Translations under genes and position numbers: made by a program
Assembly: GCA_002269645.1 (NCBI GenBank)
Contig: NIVC01000024.1
Location: 1 to 64,000 of the forward strand
Length of the DNA stretch: 64,000 bases
Reading direction: 5' to 3'
Source of the DNA: Macrostomum lignano
Taxonomy: Eukaryota
Shown here: positions 34,105 through 46,010 of the stretch, piece after piece
How the letters are laid out: every line of letters begins with the position of its first letter
How positions within the stretch are numbered: position 1 is the stretch's first letter
The notes under the pieces: generated by a model
Seen by the model: the letters and a program-made list of their open reading frames with translations, nothing else
What the model was told of the DNA's origin: nothing
The model's database searches: none

Positions 34105-35047
34105 TCTGCTAATTGAAATAGCCGGATCAGGTAACAAGCATGGGGCAACAGGAGGTCAGGCACACGCCCAAAATTACTTAGCCAAGTTTCTGTTGATGTT
34201 TGCTCTGAGATTTACGAGCTATTCCTGAAAGCTGAAAGCGGTACCGTCTGTTCTCATTAGCATGGACAATTGAGAAGGAAACACTTTGAGAGCTCAGAAC
34301 AAAAACTGGCTTGAAACACGGAAGCAATGATACACAGAGAGAAGAAGCAGTCTAAGACGTATTCTTGGATCCTTTCAAGAAATTCTGCTTCCTGGTCACT
34401 TGAATCCGTTCATCCGTTCTTGAGCTCTCTGCTCGTCTTCCCAATTCGTTCAAGTTCCTAATGACTTTGTTCAGTGTCGATTAAAGCAAAATTTGATTAG
34501 ATCAGCTCCGGCCACAGCCAACACGCAGCAGGAGGAGCACGCATACTGGAAGGCCGATATTTCATGCTTGAGCCGCAAATTCATGCAGAATCGAACCTAA
34601 GAAACATTAGGGCGAGCATGCTTCAACATTTTTGCAAGGCAACGATCTATTTGAAACCGAAAGGAGGCTGGCCATAGGGTAGCTTATAGAAGCAGCAAGA
34701 CAGCAAGTGGACTTTAACGACGCGGGGGTTTAGAACAATACAATAATTTTCACAGTTATTTTTATTCGGTCAAACTTATGTAAAGCACGACTCGCGTCAC
34801 ACCAGACAGTTGAAGATAAATCAACTGCGACTTCAACTGCCCGCGACCGTGACGTGAGCCGTCAGATGTCTCAGCCTCCTTGAAAACGTTTCTTTAGCCT
34901 CCATAGCCGATTCTGGTCACGCACGTGCAGACATCCGATATCAGGTGAGATAAGTTTTTGACAGCTACCTAATACAGGTAAGAATATTGATCAAAGTTCA
35001 TTTTGAGTAGTAATAATTCGAAATTCGTCATGAGTAAAGTAGCACGA

Positions 35048-35245
35048 AAACTGTCGCTGGATAAACTGGTAATGGCCTCATCACTAATCAGAAACTGTCG
35101 CTTGATAAACTGGTAAATGGCCTCATCACTAATCAGAAACTGTCGCTTGATAAACTGGTAAATGGCCTCATCACTAATCAGAAACTGTCGCTTGATAAAC
35201 TGGTAAATGGCCTCTTGATTCATCAGAAACTGTCGCTTGATAAAC
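35048..35245. repeat. 45-bp tandem repeat, about 4.5 units
   Basis: AAACTGTCGC recurs at 35092, 35137, 35182 and 35227. Confidence 0.92.
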
Positions 35246-35616
35246 GCAGTAGACACAGACAGAATCGCCCATGACCTACTATACTGCACAGGACAAATGT
35301 ATCAAGCCCTATTTAGTTAGCGGGGGCCATGTAAATGTGACTGGATCTCATATTTCCTCACCATGCATTCATACCCAGATACGAAACGTCACACTGTAGC
35401 ACGTTGTTCCAGCAAGCGGAAGATTTCCTCCCGTCTAACAGCTGTTAGTCGTGTCCCTGAAGCATTGAGCAGGGCAGCAGTCGGCTCTGGAGAGCGGATC
35501 GCTTACTTCCCTGCTCCTGTTAAATTGCAACTATGCTCAAAGAAGAGAAAGATATCAATTTCTCAAAAAATACTTGCCCTGCTCCAACTCTAATTTCGAC
35601 CTAGGATAGAGCAGTC

Positions 35617-38113
35617 ATGCGAATTTCTTGTCGCAAAATCGTACCTACTCCGTGCAGACTGCTCAACTTCTTGATGCTGGCTTTGCTAATTTTGCTGCTG
35701 TCCGAAGCCATTCGTCGCAACACGAAGCACATCGAACGCAAGCAACTTAATTTTCTCCCGCCTGACCAGCACTTTGTACGAATCTCTGGCGAAAATATGC
35801 ATGAAGCTGTGCGGACCCTTGCACCTGACAAGGTAAATACTGACTGACTGACTGACTGACTGACTGACTGACTGACTGACTGACTGACTGACTGACTGAC
35901 TGACTGACTGACTGACTGACTGACTGACTGACTGACTGACTGACTGACTGACTGACTGACTGACTGACTGACTGACTGACTGACTGACTGACTGACTGAC
36001 TGACTGACTGACTGACTGACTGACTGACTGACTGACTGACTGACTGACTGACTGACTGACTGACTGACTGACTGACTGACTGACTGACTGACTGACTGAC
36101 TGACTGACTGACTGACTGACTGACTGACTGACTGACTGACTGACTGACTGACTGACTGACTGACTGACTGACTGACTGACTGACTGACTGACTGACTGAC
36201 TGACTGACTGACTGACTGACTGACTGACTGACTGACTGACTGACTGACTGACTGACTGACTGACTGACTGACTGACTGACTAACTAACTGACTGACTGAC
36301 TGACTGACTGACTGACTGACTGACTGACTGACTGACTGACTGATTCACTGACTGACTGACTGACTGACTGACTCACTGCTTTTTCTTTTCTAAGGCTTCA
36401 ACTTTTCCTTTCTAGGCTCGTAGTTTTAAGCTGGGCAGTCTGAGAAATCTTACAAGTTGGTAAACTGGATTAGGCTTGTACAACACGAACCCAGCCTCTG
36501 AAACTTGGAGCCATAACACAGGAATTTTAAGCATTAATTAAATCCAAAAGTGCAACGCCAAAATCTTTCGCTGACGCAGGGAGTCGCGAGTCGGCAGAAA
36601 TCGACAACAATGAAGAGTTATTCAGCGACAACTGTCAACGCCAAGAAAAGTCCCAAATCTAAAAGTACATTAAAAATGCAGATATTCTCATCGACTACAG
36701 CTCGCACTTTAACAAAGCTGGACCGGGATCTGGCTAAGGCCAGAGAGCGGGTCAAGAATGTGAAGCTGTTTAAGCCGTTCGTTACAAAGCAGGAGCGGTG
36801 GGTTATGCTGCGACTGTTGAAGAGAATCGACCATGTTTTTCGGGTGAGTCCTGCTGTAGCGAATTGAGTTATTAGCTCAATAACGCTTGTAGTTACACTT
36901 AGTGACCTATCAAAGAAGTCCCTAAAGACTTTGAGGTCTCAAACCTCTCGCTCCAAGCAATTACCATCTCCCTTCGGGCAACCCTCTCCCTTCCGGAATC
37001 CCTCTCCCTTCCGGCAACCTTCTCCCTTCCGGCAACCCTCTCCCTTCCGGAATCCCTCTCCCTTCCGGCAACCTTCTCCCTTCCGGCAACCCTCTCCCTT
37101 CCGGCAACTCTCTCCCTTCCGGCAACCCTCTCTCCCTTCCGGAATCCCTCTCCCTTCCGGCAACCCTCTCTCCCTTCCGGCAACCCTCTCCCTCCAGACG
37201 TCTCTAGCCGAAGGAACCACTCATTCCAAGCCCAATCGCTACTCACTCCCAGTAGTACAATGTCACACTACCAGAAGTACTATGTCACACTCCCAGAAGT
37301 ACAATGTCACACTCCCAGAAGTACAATGTCACACTCCCAGAAGTACAATGTCACACTCCCAGAAGTACAATGTCACACTCCCAGAAGTACAATGTCACTT
37401 ACATAATCTACGGCGGCACCCTGCTCGGCTCGCATCGGCATCACGGCCTGGTGCCCTGGGACGATGACGTCGACCTGCTAGTGAACAAGACTGTCCGGCG
37501 ACATTTGCCAGCAATGCTAGCAGCCGCCGCGCCGGAACTGGTGCTTCAAGAAGCTGGCGGACACGACAAAATCTATGATGGAGGCTTGTCGCGTCGAACC
37601 AGTACTTATCCGTGGCGCTGGCCCTACCTGGACGTGAGCTTCTTTGAGGAAAACTCAACGCACCTGTGGGATCACATGGCCACTTATTCGCACTGGTTTG
37701 TCTATCCCAAATGGCTAGTCCTGCCTACGCATGCCAGACCGTTTGAACACCTGCGGTTGCCCGTGCCTCGGGACACCCTGGCCTTTCTCCAGCTGACCTA
37801 CGGCCGCACTGGGACCTGCCTGACCTCAGCCTACAGTCACATGATTGAAGACGGCATGCCGTCCGGCAGGAGGCCGTGCCTGAGCCTCAACGGTTCCGTG
37901 CCATTCGTGCATCGGAAGCCGTGCACAACTAGCAGCAACCAGCGGACAGACAGTTGCGTGCTCGAGACCCTGGTGCTTGGCAACAGGCAGCTGAAACCAG
38001 CCGTAGCAGTGGCAGAGCCGTCGTTTGCCATTAACGAACCGTTCTCCTTGAAACTTGTCCACGGATTCACTCAGCCGCCTTATTACCCATCCATGAGTGA
38101 CTCGGATCTCTGA
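35617..38113 (+). CDS. LicD/fukutin-family type II membrane phosphotransferase, 3 exons (35617-35832, 36682-36843, 37385-38113), about 368 aa
   Basis: N-terminal TM anchor; YGGTLLGSHRHHGLVPWDDDVDL signature, WPYLDV, PFEHLRLPVPRD..AFLQLTYG. Phase-0 joins give ...IDHVFR|KYNVTYIIYGG. Confidence 0.87.
35839..36373. repeat. (TGAC)n microsatellite in LicD-like intron 1
   Basis: Starts a few nt after the GTAAAT donor. Confidence 0.99.
36967..37194. repeat. 18-bp pyrimidine-rich minisatellite in LicD-like intron 2
   Basis: CCCTCTCCCTTCCGGCAA units. Confidence 0.92.
37245..37398 (+). repeat. 22-bp x7 tandem repeat spanning the exon-3 splice acceptor
   Basis: ACTCCCAG|AAGTACAATGTCAC units; the last unit supplies the real junction. 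Confidence 0.92.
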
Positions 38114-38661
38114 TGATGATCTCCATATGCGCATTTCGATTCGAATGAAAGTGACTGCTACATGGTGTTACGGATTGTTCACATCGGCAGTTCATCGCTA
38201 AAAGTGCTTCGCCTGTATAATGCAGGTGAACGAGCAGGCAGTCAGACATTATACCTTGGTATGACCACTCATAAAGGAACAATCTTAATTGCATACGGGA
38301 ATTAGCGAGTCACGAGAGTTTTACAAAGTCTCAGATAGCTTTTAGCGAGCTGAAAGACTCGGTGTACTCCCTAGCTATATGATATACATTGCGCGTGACT
38401 GGCTTTAACTACCGGCAATTGCGCGTTGCTCAATCGTGGTGTGGGCTTGTGACTGTCTGACTATACAGGCACACGTGTTCATGCGCTTCTTTTTGAATTC
38501 ATTTTACTGCCAGTGACAGCTTCAAAATAAATTGTTATTAAATAAGTTATCACCAGTCTAAGTTGGTGATTCACTCAACCCACAGGCTGAGTGAATTGAT
38601 TCATGGATTATTTCTGAGAAAGCGATTATTGCAATAGCTGAGGAAATTGTTGCACTAGCTA

Positions 38662-40410
38662 CTTGCTGTCTGGGTGATGTTTGCTATATGGGGGGACGCT
38701 TGCTATCTGGAGGGATGCTTGCTATCTGGGGGGATGCTTGCTGTCTGGAGGGATGCTTGCTATCTGGGGGGATGCTTGCTGTCTGGGGGATGCTTGCTGT
38801 CTGGGGGGATGCTTGCTGTCTGAGGGATGCTTGCTATCTGAGGGGATGCTTGCTATCTGGGGGGGGGATGCTTGCAATCTGGGGGGATGCTTGCTATCTG
38901 GGGGGGGGGGGATGCTTGCCAAATGGGGGATGCTTGCCAAATGGGGGATGCTTGCTATCTGGGGGGATGCTTGCTATCTGGGGGGGGGATGCTTGCCAAA
39001 TGATGGATGCTTGCTATCTGGGGGGGGGATGCTTGCCAAATGATGGATGCTTGCTATCTGGGGGGGGGGATGCTTGCTATCTGGGGGGGATGCTTGCCAA
39101 ATGGGGGATGCTTGCTATCTGTGGGGGGGGGATGCTTGCTATCTGGGGGGGGATGCTTGCTATCTGGAGGGGGGATGCTTGCCAAATGATGGATGCTTGC
39201 TATCTGGGGGGGGATGCTTGCCAAATGATGGATGCTTGCTATCTGGGGGGGGGGATGCTTGCTATCTGGGGGGGATGCTTGCCAAATGGGGGATGCTTGC
39301 TATCTGGGGGGGGGATGCTTGCTATCTGGGGGGGATGCTTGCCAAATGGGGGATGCTTGCTATCTGGGGGGGGGGGATGCTTGCTATCTGGGGGGGGATG
39401 CTTGCTATCTGGGGGGGATGCTTGCTATCTGGGGGGGATGCTTGCTATCTGGGGGGATGCTTGCTGTCTGGGGGGATGCTTGCTATCTGGGGGATGCTTG
39501 CTATCTAAGGGGATGCTTGCTATCTGGGGGGGGATGCTTGCTGTCTGGGGGGATGCTTGCTATCTCGAGGGATGCCTTGCTATCTGAGGGGATGCTTGCT
39601 ATCTGAGGGGATGCTTGCTGTCTGGGGGGATGCTTGCTATCTGGGGGGGGATGCTTGCTATCTGGGGGGATGCTTGCAATCTGGGGGGATGCTTGCTATC
39701 TGGGGGGGGGATGCTTGCCAAATGGGGGATGCTTGCCAAATGGGGGATGCTTGCTATCTGGGGGGATGCTTGCTATCTGGGGGGGGGATGCTTGCCAAAT
39801 GATGGATGCTTGCTATCTGGGGGGGGATGCTTGCCAAATGATGGATGCTTGCTATCTGGGGGGGGATGCTTGCTATCTGGGGGGATGCTTGCCAAATGGG
39901 GGATGCTTGCTATCTGTGGGGGGATGCTTGCTATCTGGGGGGGGGATGCTTGCTATCTGGGGGGATGCTTGCCAAATGATGGATGCTTGCTATCTAGGGG
40001 GGATGCTTGCCAAATGATGGATGCTTGCTATCTGGGGGGGATGCTTGCTATCTGGGGGGATGCTTGCCAAATGGGGGATGCTTGCTATCTGGGGGGGGGA
40101 TGCTTGCTATCTGGGGGATGCTTGCTATCTGGGGGGGGGGGGATGCTTGCTGTCTGGGGGATGCTTGCTGTCTGGGGGATGCTTGCTATCTGGGGGGATG
40201 CTTGCTGTCTGGGGGATGCTTGCTATCTGGGGGGATGCTTGCTATCTGGGGGGGATGCTTGCTGTCTGGGGGATGCTTGCTATCTGGGGGGATGCTTGCT
40301 ATCTGGGGGGGGGGGGGATATGCCTGCTATCTGGGGGATGCTTGCTATCTGGGGGATGCTTGCTGTCTGGGGGATGCTTGCTATATGGGGGGGATGCTTG
40401 CTGTCTGGGG
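38662..40410. repeat. G-rich 18-21-bp minisatellite, about 1.75 kb
   Basis: G(n)ATGCTTGCTATCT units with variable G runs and GCCAAAT variants. Confidence 0.97.
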
Positions 40411-40699
40411 TCTTGCTAATTGGTTCAGCAATAATTATATGTACATTAGCCAGTCCACTGAAATGTACATGGCAGCTTTAAGCTGGAATTCCGAGAAAGG
40501 CAATAAAAATTGAGGCGGGGCGGAGCGGGGAAAGGCGGTGGTTGGAGGGTTTAAGCTACGGGGGGGAAGAGCCGATAAATGAGCATAGGCTTTAAAAATA
40601 CATTAAAATGCCTCTGTTTTAACTTACTACTGAACAAAAAGTAGCTTAAAAATTCACCAAGAGCTCATAAAGGTCCTCCTCGGAGAAGCTGCCTCATCT

Positions 40700-40840
40700 A
40701 ATCAGATTAGTCAGGAAGTGGTTGCGGGAGATTCAATAAGGCCAAGATTCCAGGGAGGACAAAGAACGTTCTGGAAGACAAAGATCTGCCAATGCTGAGC
40801 GCGTGAAGGCTGGTGTGAGTGAAGACAACCGGCCGGCAGA
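40700..40840 (+). pseudogene. Tc1/mariner transposase N-terminal HTH remnant
   Basis: Translates VRKWLREIQ*GQDSREDKERSGRQRSANAERVKAGVSEDNR, matching the mariner W...F..G..S.ED..RSGRP motif, with an internal stop. Confidence 0.55.
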
Positions 40841-41335
40841 CATGCAGTGAGCCACTGGTGCACAAGGAACAAGTGAACAACAGCGCCTCATCAGCTCTGC
40901 GGCACCTGACGATCGGTGGCTATACGCCCCTGGCTTTGAAGCGTTGGCGCACCGTGACAGGTACTATAAGGGTTAAGTATAAATGGACTTAGTTAATACA
41001 CTCACTTTTGGGATATCTAAGCCCGTGGGATTTCAGGCTAAACACTGACTCATTTGATGGTTAGTGAGAAAATAAGCAACTGCCACTCCCCGAGCCATGC
41101 ATTTTCACACGCTAGTATTGCCATGACCTCTGTACCAGGTCTGTTTTTTGCTGCGAACTCTCGAAGATTTTTTTTCATTTCAGCCTTTGCCTGATCGAAA
41201 CAATTAAAAAGCTGTCACGAAAGAAAATCTCTTGCACGGGCAACATTGCATGCAAAGCTTATTAATATTCCATAAAGCATGTACTTCTACAGTTAGACGG
41301 CTTTAAGTTTCAGTTCAATGGTGCTGCAAGATCAA

Positions 41336-42049
41336 TCAAACCAGGCCAAACTTGACCCAATCGGCGCTCGTCTCGATCTCCGCCTCCACCTGAGCGTCGG
41401 TGAACAGCAGCAGGCGGCAGGCTCTCAGCTTGCTGTTGTACAGCACGTGTCTGCAGCTGGCCGCACGCATGCCGGCAGCCACGCAGTGCATTGCGTTCTT
41501 CACCTGCAGCAGGTCAGCGTGGCAGAACTCGGTGTTGTAGGTGGCTCTCTTGAACGATACCTTCTTCCAATTTTCGTACTTTTGGCCCACCGAGGGGCTC
41601 TTGTACTCGCAAGCGAATCCATAGTTACGGTTGCAATGGATGTCTCTGAGCAGTCTGAGTTCGTCCATCCGAATGCAGTTTTCATCAGCACCTCCTGATG
41701 GTTCGTTTGTGCTAAAGAGACTTTCAGGACTGGCGATGCCGTTTCCGTTGACCCTCTGCCAGCCGTCTCTCTTGTTGCCTCTCTCATCGGCCAGGTCACT
41801 CAGTCCGAGCCACAGCTGGCAGCTGCAGGATGAGCTGATGCCGCTGCTACTCAGTGCCTTGATGGAGCTGTGCGAGTTGAGCAGCTCGCCTCCGATCGAT
41901 GCGCACTGCCGATTGGCTGAGCACCAGCTGTGGCTGTGAGCTGTGCTCACGAACAGGCACAGACCGGCCTGCATGGTGAACGGTGCGGGACACGGCAGGG
42001 CCTGCGACTGCAGCAGCTGGCAGCTCAGAAGAAGCAGCAGCAGCAGCAT
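41336..42049 (-). CDS. Secreted C-type lectin domain protein with C-terminal PAN/apple-like module, intronless, 237 aa
   Basis: Signal peptide; CP..F....LC, SW..A...C...GG.L, LWLGLSD, EPS..ENC, DI.C....GFACE; then C...C.....C....Y....ACRL. Confidence 0.85.
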   Translation of the reverse strand: MLLLLLLLSCQLLQSQALPCPAPFTMQAGLCLFVSTAHSHSWCSANRQCASIGGELLNSHSSIKALSSSGISSSCSCQLWLGLSDLADERGNKRDGWQRVNGNGIASPESLFSTNEPSGGADENCIRMDELRLLRDIHCNRNYGFACEYKSPSVGQKYENWKKVSFKRATYNTEFCHADLLQVKNAMHCVAAGMRAASCRHVLYNSKLRACRLLLFTDAQVEAEIETSADWVKFGLV

Positions 42050-43333
42050 GGCTGACTCACAGATCCGGTAACGTATTCCGTAGCTAAATTCACTGAGGCT
42101 AAGAAACTCCCACAGCAGAGGCGCCGAACCAGGATGCGGTTTTTAAGCTAGAGTTTTATTTATTTAGCAAATTTGCTCAGAGGGTCTTGCTGGCTGCTGA
42201 AGAGTTTTTGTGAATCCATGTCAAATATGTTTATTAGCTGCAAATTTTGCTGCATGATCCGTGAAGAATCTGCTTCTGGCGATTAGCAAGCTGAATAAAC
42301 AGTCTCGCAATTTCGTGATGAAAAGATGATCGAGTGCTTCATCTTCAGTGCTGCGGCTGAATCGTTGTCAAGTTCAAGTGGTTCCTCACAACTCATGGGA
42401 TTTCTAATATTTTTTTAAAACTCTGGCGGCTTGCCACTTGCCAGGTTCAATGGGTATGTCAGAAACTTTAAGCTGTATATTTGAAACAAGAAGAAACTTT
42501 TCGATCGAATAGTTGTTACGTCACCAACTGAACTGAAATTCGGTAACTTAACACTCCCATTTTGGTGCGATATATGTCTTACGCTCGGATTATCGTGGCC
42601 AAATACGTTAGCAAAATAAGAAACTCGCTTAGACTCGGTAAGCTTGCAAATCATCTCGGATCGAAGCCTGCAGTTACTAAATAATCTAAACAACTGACTG
42701 CGGAACTAATCTAAACCTAATTTAAATCTGAACTGCTTATCTAACCCTAACCTAAACCCTAATACTAAAATCTACATATTATTCCTAAACCCTAACCCTA
42801 CTAGCTCTTACCTTAACCTACACCGTGTTTTTTATTTCAGACAGGGGCTGTGTGCACCCTGGCGCACTTTAAGCGACATTGTCACCGGCGAGAGGCACTA
42901 CTTTCCATTCCGCCGACTCCCTTGAGCAGGCACACAAGCGCGCGGATACGTACGCAGGCACACACTCACACGGGAGTGTACAGCGGCCCTAATTTTATCG
43001 TTAGGCCATGTACACTTCACTGCGCCTTGGGTGTTGGCCCTCAAGCTGGGCGTTAATTGCACGAGCAGAGCCAAGCCGAGACTCCAATTTAGCCCCAAAT
43101 TAATGTGACTGCACTTGGAATCGAACCTGGGCTGCTGGGCTACGCCCCCCCCCCCCCTAATCTTTATCGTTGGCTATTTCATTAGAACTCATTAAATGAA
43201 ACAAAAGCATTAGTTCAAGTATAAAAACATAGCAACATAAGCTTCAGTAAACTAGCCGTATTACGAGTGTATATAAGTTTTAATTAACAACTATTGAAAG
43301 GCTGTGTATTCGTCAGCACAAGATGTCTCAGCA

Positions 43334-43819
43334 TCACTGCAGCTGTGCGTCAGAGGGGCCGCCGCCAATCTCAACGTCGTTGCTTGGCACCATCCGCTGG
43401 TTCCAGTTCCGTCGGCGCCTTTCAGCAAAGCGGAACTCCTGGCAGAAGTGCAGGATGAGCAGGTAGCGGGTGCCGCGGTTCAGCGCCACCAGGTGCAGAT
43501 GGTCGCCAGATGCGAGGCCCAGATAGCGCAGACTGACTGAGTCGTCTGGCCGCGAGAACTGAGTCTGGTCGGCGGAGGAGCCACCGTCCGTGATCACGTT
43601 GCTGGTGCACCTGTAGATTAATTGATCTCGCAAGGGAATCTGCAGCTTCTCCAGCACCATCAATTTGAGCTCTCTAATAGTAATGTCGGTTGATAGCAGG
43701 TTCAAGCTGAACGACATGCTGTAGCGATGTCGGAGTAAATTTTTTTGGAACTGAGTCTCCTCGTTGTCGGGCTGGTCCATCTCTCTGTTATTACGCGAAG
43801 CTGAGGTAACTACGCGCAA
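43334..43819 (-). CDS. Ubiquitin-like-domain coding exon or small gene (upstream exons not identified)
   Basis: DITIRELKLMVLEKLQIPLRDQLIY...DDSVSLRYLGLASGDHLHLV fits the UBL pattern; GC-rich codon usage. Confidence 0.5.
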   Translation of the reverse strand: MRVVTSASRNNREMDQPDNEETQFQKNLLRHRYSMSFSLNLLSTDITIRELKLMVLEKLQIPLRDQLIYRCTSNVITDGGSSADQTQFSRPDDSVSLRYLGLASGDHLHLVALNRGTRYLLILHFCQEFRFAERRRRNWNQRMVPSNDVEIGGGPSDAQLQ

Positions 43820-44015
43820 CTTGGTAAGCTTTTAGAGTACCACTAGTCTTGCAGAACACATGGCTCAAGTATCATAAAACCATAGAGATGACAGAAAGAC
43901 TTTGTACGCAATTGAGTCTACTTTTAGAAGAGATTTGAAAGGACATACTAAAACAAAAATCTTGGATGGACACCATTTACGTTGATATTGAGGCGATTTT
44001 TCAGTAGATACTTCA

Positions 44016-45090
44016 TATTTAGAGATAATCCGGTGAATATTTGAGTGATTATCCAGTGAATGTTTGAGTGATTATCCAGTGAATATTTGAGTGATTATCC
44101 AGTGAATGTTTGAGTGATTATCCAGTGAATGTTTGAGTGATTATCCAGTGAATGTTTGAGTGATTATCCAGTGAATATTTGAGTGATTATCCAGTGAATA
44201 TTTGAGTGATTATCCAGTGAATATTTGAGTGATTATCCAACGAATATTTTAGAGATAATCCAGTAAATATTTGAGTGATTATCCAGTGAATATTTGAGTG
44301 ATTATCCAGCGAATATTTTAGAGATAATCCAGTGAATATTTGAGTGATTATCAAGTAAATATTTGAGTGATTATTCAGTGAATATTTGAGTGATTATCCA
44401 GTGAATATTTGAGTGATTATCCAGCGAATATTTTAGAGATAATCCAGTGAATATTTGAGTGATTAACAAGTAAATATTTGAGTGATTATCCAGTGAATAT
44501 TTGAGTGATTATCCAGCGAATATATTAGAGATAATCCAGTGAATATTTGAGTGATTATCCAGTGAATATTTTAGTTATTATCCAGTGAATATTTGAGTGA
44601 TTATCCAGCGAATATTTTAGATTATCCAGTGAATATTTGAGTGATTATCCAGTGAATATTTGAGTGATTATCCAGCGAATATTTTAGAGATAATCCAGTG
44701 AATATTTGAGTGATTAACAAGTAAATATTTGAGTGATTATCCAGTGAATATTTGAGTGATTATCCAGCAAATATATTAGAGATAATCCAGTGAATATTTG
44801 AGTGATTATCCAGTGAATATTTTAGTTATTATCCAGTGAATATTTGAGTGATTATCCAGCGAATATTTTAGATTATCCAGTGAATATTTGAGTGATTATC
44901 CAGTGAATATTTGAGTGATTATCCAGCGAATATTTTAGAGATAATCCAGTGAATATTTGAGTGATTAACAAGTAAATATTTGAGTGATTATCCAGTGAAT
45001 ATTTGAGTGATTATCCAGCGAATATTTTAGAGATAATCCAGTGAATATTTGAGTGATTATCCAGCGAATATTTGAGTGATTATCCAGTGA
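44016..45090. repeat. 23-bp satellite (TTGAGTGATTATCCAGTGAATAT), about 46 units
   Basis: Direct inspection, with recurring variant units. Confidence 0.97.
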
Positions 45091-45360
45091 GTGGGCAGAT
45101 GTGCAACCGACAGCTCAGCCGCAGCTATTGCGCGGCGCATCTGAAGGCTGCGAACGGCTGTTCAGTCCAAGGACTGGGGGTCGCCACACACACCCTCAAT
45201 AACCCCAGCTAATGCTGGCACCCATTTTACAGCTGGGTGAACTGAAGCAATGCAGAGTTAAGTGTCTTGCTCAAGGACACAAAGTGTTCCGACTTGGTCG
45301 AGAATCGAACCCCCGACCTTCAAGTTGTGGGTCCGACGCCCTAACCACGAGGCTACAACC
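45091..45360 (-). mobile_element. tRNA-derived SINE with CORE-like central domain
   Basis: A-box TAGCCTCGTGG, B-box GGTTCGATTC, then CCTTGAGCAAGACACTTAAC...CAGTTCACCCAGCTGTAAAATGGG resembling the MIR CORE. Confidence 0.75.
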
Positions 45361-46010
45361 CCCTTTATACGATTACCCAAGAGTCATGAAATTGATAAAA
45401 GAAACTCTGCAATCAACTTTCGCGGTTTCAATGATTTTCTTGGGAAATACAGTTGTAAGTCTTCATTAGAACAGAAGTGATGCATTTAAATTACGAGCTA
45501 ATTACAAAAAGGAATGTACAATTTTTATTAGAAATTAGAAAAAAAACAGCTGTTAACGTGTGCAAAGTACGCATTGAAATGAAAAGTGCGCCCTCATTGC
45601 ATCGATCTGCAACTGAAATCTCTATACACAACTGAAAATGATACAAAGTGAGACTAGACAAAAAAATAATATTTATAAATATAACTTAAAATACAAGTCA
45701 AAATTACTAATATTTTTGCATATTACTACTAATAGTAATACGGTAATCATCCGGTTTAGTTTATCAAAAAGTAGGAAATTTTTTAACTCTAAATACTGAG
45801 CTATCAATAATTATATACTACTGTAAAGGAGTAATATGCATGAAAACTTAGGAAAATTATGGTTAGTTTAATTGGCACAGCACTAAAAACACATCATACA
45901 GCATTGTGCGCAAATGGCTGCGCACATGATAAATGAAACATGAAGCGAATGATATTTTCAACGATAATTGCTTCCTCTCTATAACAATTATTCAAAAAAT
46001 TACTAACCAG

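Noticed and set aside
35048-35245. Possible CRISPR-like arrays (also 56059-56513 and 22772-23368)
   Set aside because: Units are contiguous without unique spacers, there are no cas genes, and the context is eukaryotic.
38681-40513. Many overlapping Gly/Cys-rich ORFs
   Set aside because: Artefacts of the stop-poor G-rich minisatellite; frames shift with G-run length.
42700-42830. Telomeric (CCCTAA)n tract
   Set aside because: Only a few degenerate, interrupted units at an internal site; not a chromosome end. Origin unresolved.
45270-45360. tRNA gene (also B-box GGTTCGATTCC at about 43115-43125, minus strand)
   Set aside because: No complete acceptor stem; the first continues into a SINE body and the second is an isolated fragment.
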